Part shown: one piece after another, positions 15,745-20,000 of the stretch
How the letters are laid out: every line of letters begins with the position of its first letter
How positions within the stretch are numbered: the first letter of the stretch is position 1
Virus record (IMG/VR): IMGVR_UViG_3300025128_000023
Source of the DNA: an uncultured virus (IMG/VR IMGVR_UViG_3300025128_000023)
Lineage: Duplodnaviria; Heunggongvirae; Uroviricota; Caudoviricetes
Reading direction: 5' to 3' (one strand)
DNA length: 20,000 bases
Notes under the pieces: model-generated
What the model was told of the DNA's origin: nothing
What the model saw: only the letters and a program-made list of their open reading frames with translations
The model's database searches: none
Translations under genes and position numbers: made by a program

Positions 15745-17382
15745 ATGAGCAACCAAGGATATATCCCTAAAGACTTAACCTTTGATAGCAAAGGCAGACA
15801 AAAGCTAATTGAAGGAATCACCAAAATTTCCAAAGCAGTTAAGAGTACACTCGGCCCACGCGGGAAGACAGTGTTAATAGAATCCCCTGATCACTTAGGA
15901 GGAATTACAATTACTAAGGATGGAGTGACTGTTGCTAAAAGTATTTACTTAGACGATCCAGTTGAGAACCTATCAATTCAAATGATGAAGGATGCAGCCA
16001 ACCGAACCGCAAGTGTTGCAGGTGATGGGACAACAACTGCTATTGTTTTGACTGAGGCTTTGATAAAAGCTGGTAACATTCACATTACTCCCGATATGAA
16101 TACCACTGAAGTGATTCGACACATAAACAAAGTCAGTGAGTATATACTTTCAGTATTGAAACGAAGAGCAGTCGATGTAGATGACAAAGCATTAGTAGAG
16201 GTTGCAAGTATATCAGCTAACAATGATGTAGAGATTGGTGAGATAATTAGTAAAGCATATGAAAAAGTTGGGAAGCATGGAATCGTTACAGTTGAAAAGT
16301 CTATGACTTCGGAAACATATGCGGAAGTTACTAATGGAATTAAAGTAGATAGAGGATATACATCCAACCTATTTATAAACGACCAAAGAAAAGATGAATG
16401 TATACTTGAAGATGTAAAAGTTTTAGTGTGTGATACTGAGATTAGCAACATACTACAAATTGAAACTATACTTAAACCAATCATTCAACAAAATCAAAAG
16501 CTACTTATCATTGGACAATGCTCACAAAATGTAATAAACACTTTGGCCGCGAATGTTGTTCGTAATGGCTTGAAGCTATGTAATATTATTCCACCAAACT
16601 TTGGATATAAGAAAAATGAATTAATGCAAGACATTGCAGTATCAGTAGGTGCTAAGTATTTTTCAGAATCTACTGGTGATGACTTGAGTTTGATTACACC
16701 CAACGACCTGGGATATGCAGATAAAATTATTGTAGGTAAAGAATCATCAGTAATAATTAAACACAATCAACTTACTGAAGAAATAAAACAAAGAATAGAA
16801 GAACTAAAAGAACAACAAGAAAACACAAAGCATAATGAAGAAAAGAAATTTATCAATGAAAGGATCGCAAGTCTTAGTGGTGCAATTGGTTGTATTTATG
16901 TTGGAGGTAACAGTGATGTAGAACAAAAAGAAAAATTTGACCGAGTCGATGACTCGGTATGCGCTGTCAAATCTGCACTTGATGAAGGTATCATCGCGGG
17001 TGGAGGAATAGCCTTGTGGGAAATTGCCGATGGACTTGGTGGAGTTGCACCTTTAGATAAAGACAAGGAAGCATCTAAAGAAGAAAAGGTTGCATACCAC
17101 ATAATGCATGAAACTATAAGAACCCCTTTAATTCAGATATTAGAAAATGCAGGTAAGGATTATAGTAAGATAACCAACGAGTTTAAAAAAGCAAAAAACA
17201 AAAACAAGATATGTTATGGATATGATGCCAAGAACGAAAAGTATGGAAACATGTTTAAGTTAGGAATCATCGATCCTTTAAAAGTAACCAAGAATGCATT
17301 AATAAATGCAGTCAGTGTAGCGACTACTATACTATCTACGAATGCTATAGTAACTCATGCACGAATAAACCAAAAGAAATAA
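15745..17382 (+). CDS. groEL: phage-encoded chaperonin GroEL
   Basis: STLGPRG, ITKDGVTVAK, AGDGTTTA, ERIASLSG, EGIIAGGG, GIIDPLKV; no GGM tail. Confidence 0.97.
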   Translation: MSNQGYIPKDLTFDSKGRQKLIEGITKISKAVKSTLGPRGKTVLIESPDHLGGITITKDGVTVAKSIYLDDPVENLSIQMMKDAANRTASVAGDGTTTAIVLTEALIKAGNIHITPDMNTTEVIRHINKVSEYILSVLKRRAVDVDDKALVEVASISANNDVEIGEIISKAYEKVGKHGIVTVEKSMTSETYAEVTNGIKVDRGYTSNLFINDQRKDECILEDVKVLVCDTEISNILQIETILKPIIQQNQKLLIIGQCSQNVINTLAANVVRNGLKLCNIIPPNFGYKKNELMQDIAVSVGAKYFSESTGDDLSLITPNDLGYADKIIVGKESSVIIKHNQLTEEIKQRIEELKEQQENTKHNEEKKFINERIASLSGAIGCIYVGGNSDVEQKEKFDRVDDSVCAVKSALDEGIIAGGGIALWEIADGLGGVAPLDKDKEASKEEKVAYHIMHETIRTPLIQILENAGKDYSKITNEFKKAKNKNKICYGYDAKNEKYGNMFKLGIIDPLKVTKNALINAVSVATTILSTNAIVTHARINQKK

Positions 17383-17383
17383 T

Positions 17384-17539
17384 ATGCCAATACACAATTA
17401 CATTTTCGACTCTTATAGACAAGAAGTAAAAAAGATTAACGAAGCTATTGAACTTTTAGAAAACCATGGATATATGGTTTATAATAAAGATAAAAAATAT
17501 GACTCCCATAGGAAAGTATATAGTAATTCAGAAGATTAA
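17384..17539 (+). CDS. small hypothetical protein (51 aa) between groEL and groES
   Basis: Manual ORF MPIHNYIFDSYRQEVKKINEAIELLENHGYMVYNKDKKYDSHRKVYSNSED, starting 1 nt after the groEL stop. Confidence 0.55.
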   Translation: MPIHNYIFDSYRQEVKKINEAIELLENHGYMVYNKDKKYDSHRKVYSNSED

Positions 17540-17756
17540 CGAAGAAAAGAAAACAAAGTCAGGACTGTTACTTTCATCAGAAGATGTTGAATCCTTTAGA
17601 TATCAAAAAGGACAAGTAGTAAAACCTGGTACTGATGTTTCTGTTATTAATGAAGGAGATGTTATATTCTATGATAAAGCCGCTGGTCACAGCATGTTTA
17701 TCAAGGATGAAACATTTACTATTATTTCTGAGAGAGATGTCGTTGTTGTTTTATAG
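17499..17756 (+). CDS. groES: co-chaperonin GroES
   Basis: MTPIGKYIVI...EEKKTKSGLLL (mobile loop)...GDVIFY...ISERDVVVVL; start revised to ATG 17499. Confidence 0.9.
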   Translation: MTPIGKYIVIQKINEEKKTKSGLLLSSEDVESFRYQKGQVVKPGTDVSVINEGDVIFYDKAAGHSMFIKDETFTIISERDVVVVL

Positions 17757-18198
17757 TATTGTTTAAATCTTTTATAAAGTTTTTAAATACCTTTTGCATA
17801 TAACTTGCATCATGTTTAAATAATGGATTAGTTGACTCAGGTATCTCTTCACCATTCAACTTCTTATATACACTATTAATCATTCGTTTCGCTTTATATG
17901 TTAACTCATATAATGTAGTTTCGTTACCAGTTCTCTTTCTCCAAACATGAATCCAACCATCTCGTAATAACATACGAAACCTTTTCTCATCCCAGGACAT
18001 TAATTCATTATATTCTTCAAACTTAGTTTTATTAAAAACTTGTTCACTATATAAGAATAATAACATATCTAAATCAGGTGTACCAATACCATAAGTAGCT
18101 TTTACCCAAAACCTTACAACCCTCCAATACTTGAGATAATCGTGATCTGGAGTCACACGAGCTTGTGCTTTTCTGATGTGAAGACCCTTAAATTTCAT
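17722..18198 (-). CDS. hypothetical protein, possible MarR-like winged-helix regulator
   Basis: DLDMLLFLY...LLRDGWIHV...LYELTYKAKRMI; lone minus-strand gene, 35-nt tail-to-tail overlap with groES. Confidence 0.6.
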   Translation of the reverse strand: MKFKGLHIRKAQARVTPDHDYLKYWRVVRFWVKATYGIGTPDLDMLLFLYSEQVFNKTKFEEYNELMSWDEKRFRMLLRDGWIHVWRKRTGNETTLYELTYKAKRMINSVYKKLNGEEIPESTNPLFKHDASYMQKVFKNFIKDLNNTIKQQRHLSQK

Positions 18199-18212
18199 TA
18201 AACTAAATTATA

Positions 18213-18228
18213 TATCTTTGTAAAGATA
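18213..18228. promoter_or_regulatory. palindromic bidirectional promoter/operator
   Basis: TATCTTT-GT-AAAGATA gives TATCTTTG on the plus strand and TATCTTTA on the minus strand, between divergent genes. Confidence 0.55.
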
Positions 18229-18246
18229 CAAACAAAAAAATAAATC

Positions 18247-18615
18247 ATGGGTGTAAGGGTTAGACCAAAACGAACAAAAAGCGCGTCAAAGCGAATAGAC
18301 AAATTAAGCAAAAAGATTAACAAATCTAATGTTAAAGGGAAAGTCAAACGTGCAACCCGACTTGCCAAAAGACAAGCTAAAATAGTTAAGACTGGAAAAA
18401 GAGGAACTGGAAGAGCAGTTTCTAAAGTTAAAAAGGCAGTTAAAAAAATTCAAGGAAGTAAACTTGGTAAAATTGTTACTGCTGCATCTAAAGTTTATAG
18501 CAATGTAAAGAAAGGTAAAGTTAAAGGAGTTATAGATTCAGGAAAAAAATTAGTTTCTGCAGTTAAGTCAAAAAGAAGTTACCCTAAAAAAAGAAAGACT
18601 CGTAAAAGAGCATAA
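18247..18615 (+). CDS. highly basic K/R-rich protein
   Basis: 122 aa with only two acidic residues; histone H1-like composition. Confidence 0.7.
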   Translation: MGVRVRPKRTKSASKRIDKLSKKINKSNVKGKVKRATRLAKRQAKIVKTGKRGTGRAVSKVKKAVKKIQGSKLGKIVTAASKVYSNVKKGKVKGVIDSGKKLVSAVKSKRSYPKKRKTRKRA

Positions 18616-18620
18616 ATAAA

Positions 18621-18917
18621 ATGGCAACAAAAAGAAATTCAAGAGTAATTGCTCGTAAAGTAAAAGCCACAAGGCGTAAGTATAATAAGGTTAAAAAGAG
18701 TGAATCTAAAATTGCAAAAAAAGCTTCAAAACTTTTAAAACAATTAGGACCTAAGAAATATGAAAAGCTAAGAACAAGTAATGTTAAAGGATTAAGTAGT
18801 GGTCAAAGAAAAAGTGTAACTAAAATAAATGCACTTGCAAAAAAGAATGCTCGAAAGAAAAAAGCAATTAAAAGAAAAGAAGTTAAAATTAATAAAAGAC
18901 TAAGTAGAAAAAAATAA
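18621..18917 (+). CDS. highly basic K/R-rich protein
   Basis: 98 aa, K/R/A/S rich. Confidence 0.7.
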   Translation: MATKRNSRVIARKVKATRRKYNKVKKSESKIAKKASKLLKQLGPKKYEKLRTSNVKGLSSGQRKSVTKINALAKKNARKKKAIKRKEVKINKRLSRKK

Positions 18918-18923
18918 AAAATC

Positions 18924-19271
18924 ATGAGCGACTATATACTAAAAGCTAAAAATAAAAAGAAAAAAGTAAAAGGTACGAAGAGGCGACAATACAAGAAATC
19001 GGTTACTAAATCACTTGACTCAAGAACTAATAGGCTTGAAAAAAGAAAGAACAAATATCCTTCTAAAGGTCGCTTAATTTCACAACCTGGAAGTAAAACA
19101 AAATCTAAGATAGTTACAACTAAAAGAGCAGCAAGACTTAAAAAAAGAGCACAAGGTAGACCTTTAAAGAGAAAACTTAGCACTGTAGGTCAAAGAGTAA
19201 AGAGAGTTGCAAAGAAAGCGGTAAGAAAAGTTGTAAGAGGTATGGGAAGTAAAACCAAAAGAAAAAAATAA
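18924..19271 (+). CDS. highly basic K/R-rich protein
   Basis: 115 aa, K/R rich. Confidence 0.7.
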   Translation: MSDYILKAKNKKKKVKGTKRRQYKKSVTKSLDSRTNRLEKRKNKYPSKGRLISQPGSKTKSKIVTTKRAARLKKRAQGRPLKRKLSTVGQRVKRVAKKAVRKVVRGMGSKTKRKK

Positions 19272-19303
19272 ATAACTAATAAATAACTAATAAATATAAC
19301 ACA

Positions 19304-19534
19304 ATGGCTGATAGAGTAACAAGAATATTGCGTAGATCCGATAGAATCGGTAATCGTGCATACAAAGCTGCCAGTAAAGGCAAAAGCAGAAAAGCAGATA
19401 GACTTAGAAGAAAATCTTCTAAAGTAGCGGCTAAAGCAAGAGGGGTAGCATGTAAAATCAATGCAAGAGGAAAAAAGGTTTGTAGAAAAAGCAGAAGAAA
19501 CAATAATAGAGGATTTAACCCTCGTAAATACTAA
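19304..19534 (+). CDS. highly basic R/K-rich protein
   Basis: 76 aa, protamine-like, two Cys. Confidence 0.7.
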   Translation: MADRVTRILRRSDRIGNRAYKAASKGKSRKADRLRRKSSKVAAKARGVACKINARGKKVCRKSRRNNNRGFNPRKY

Positions 19535-19671
19535 TGGCAAGAAAGATAGTTAACAATTATAAAGTTACGCCACATAAAAAAAGACCAGGAGTCCACAGTA
19601 AAAACCGATTTACTAAACAAGTTGGTGGAAAGTATTACAGTGGTAGATTATATCGTGGTCAAGGAAGATAA
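19534..19671 (+). CDS. small basic protein ending YRGQGR (45 aa)
   Basis: Manual ORF MARKIVNNYKVTPHKKRPGVHSKNRFTKQVGGKYYSGRLYRGQGR; TAATG coupling to the upstream gene. Confidence 0.7.
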   Translation: MARKIVNNYKVTPHKKRPGVHSKNRFTKQVGGKYYSGRLYRGQGR

Positions 19672-19682
19672 AAAATAAAGTT

Positions 19683-19892
19683 ATGAGTGAAAGATGTAAA
19701 ATTCAAGTATTAGGGAAAGACCCTAACGATTCTAAAAGACCTGCAAGGTTTTCTGATGATCCTAAAGTTAGAAGAAAACAAAAAATGGATTTAGCTGCAT
19801 GTAGAAAAGGAAAGAGAGAAGATCTATTGAAGAAAGGCAAAGATAAAGTAAACGAGTTGTTTAACAAGAAAAAAGATTCGATAGGTGGCTAA
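19683..19892 (+). CDS. small basic hypothetical protein
   Basis: 69 aa ORF. Confidence 0.6.
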   Translation: MSERCKIQVLGKDPNDSKRPARFSDDPKVRRKQKMDLAACRKGKREDLLKKGKDKVNELFNKKKDSIGG

Positions 19893-20000
19893 AAAAGAAA
19901 ACCCATGTAAAGGCAAGAAAAAAGGAACTAAAGAGTTGCTTACTTGTCAATATAACAATAAAGTTATTTCTCAAAAGAAGTATATAAGAAAAATGAGAAA
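19885..20000 (+). CDS. basic hypothetical protein, 3'-partial
   Basis: GTG start: (M)AKKENPCKGKKKGTKELLTCQYNNKVISQKKYIRKMR, open to the window end. Confidence 0.45.
   Translation, partial: MAKKENPCKGKKKGTKELLTCQYNNKVISQKKYIRKMR

Noticed and set aside
16080..17102. Minus-strand ORFs inside groEL, and similar antisense ORFs elsewhere (6-206, 1928-2149, 8554-8808, 13226-13468, 18932-19540)
   Set aside because: Shadow ORFs opposite better-supported genes, with no recognisable motifs.
19267..19296. Tandem AATAAATAACT repeat (about 2.7 copies)
   Set aside because: Short AT-rich slippage-type duplication in a leader; no functional evidence.
2690..19760. Other CTGATGA occurrences (near 2690, 5715, 13405, 16745, 17575, 19755) as additional hammerheads
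   Set aside because: All lie inside coding sequence, and I saw no matching stem II-GAAA-stem III arrangement; a covariance-model scan would settle this.

Overview
AT-rich fragment of a dsDNA tailed-phage genome. The host is probably Bacteroidota/Flavobacteria, inferred from TAnnTTTG promoters, A-rich leaders without Shine-Dalgarno motifs and a BT4734/VirE-N type primase. Positions 1-14700 are one long minus-strand block. It starts with an early region of small hypothetical genes (an acidic, possibly Ocr-like gene near the front, plus a short C5-methyltransferase), followed by a replication/recombination module: Nmad1-like, two DnaA-CTD-like proteins, Sak-like annealase, PD-(D/E)XK nuclease, SSB-like, primase-helicase, Dcm, SF2 helicase and VRR-NUC. 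A G/purine-rich non-coding strand switch at about 14830-15160 is followed on the plus strand by phage groEL-groES and a run of very basic small proteins. The main discovery is three type I hammerhead ribozymes on the coding strand of the early operon. Each sits right at an upstream stop codon and is predicted to cut 24-27 nt before the next ATG. Two copies of an unrecognised covarying hairpin motif occupy other junctions, which suggests an RNA-based system for processing the polycistronic early mRNA. Also notable are a nested alternative-frame ORF in the Dcm gene (M.EcoHK31I beta-like) and two origin-like elements built from AACAC repeats. All protein calls come from motif recognition by eye; no searches were run.
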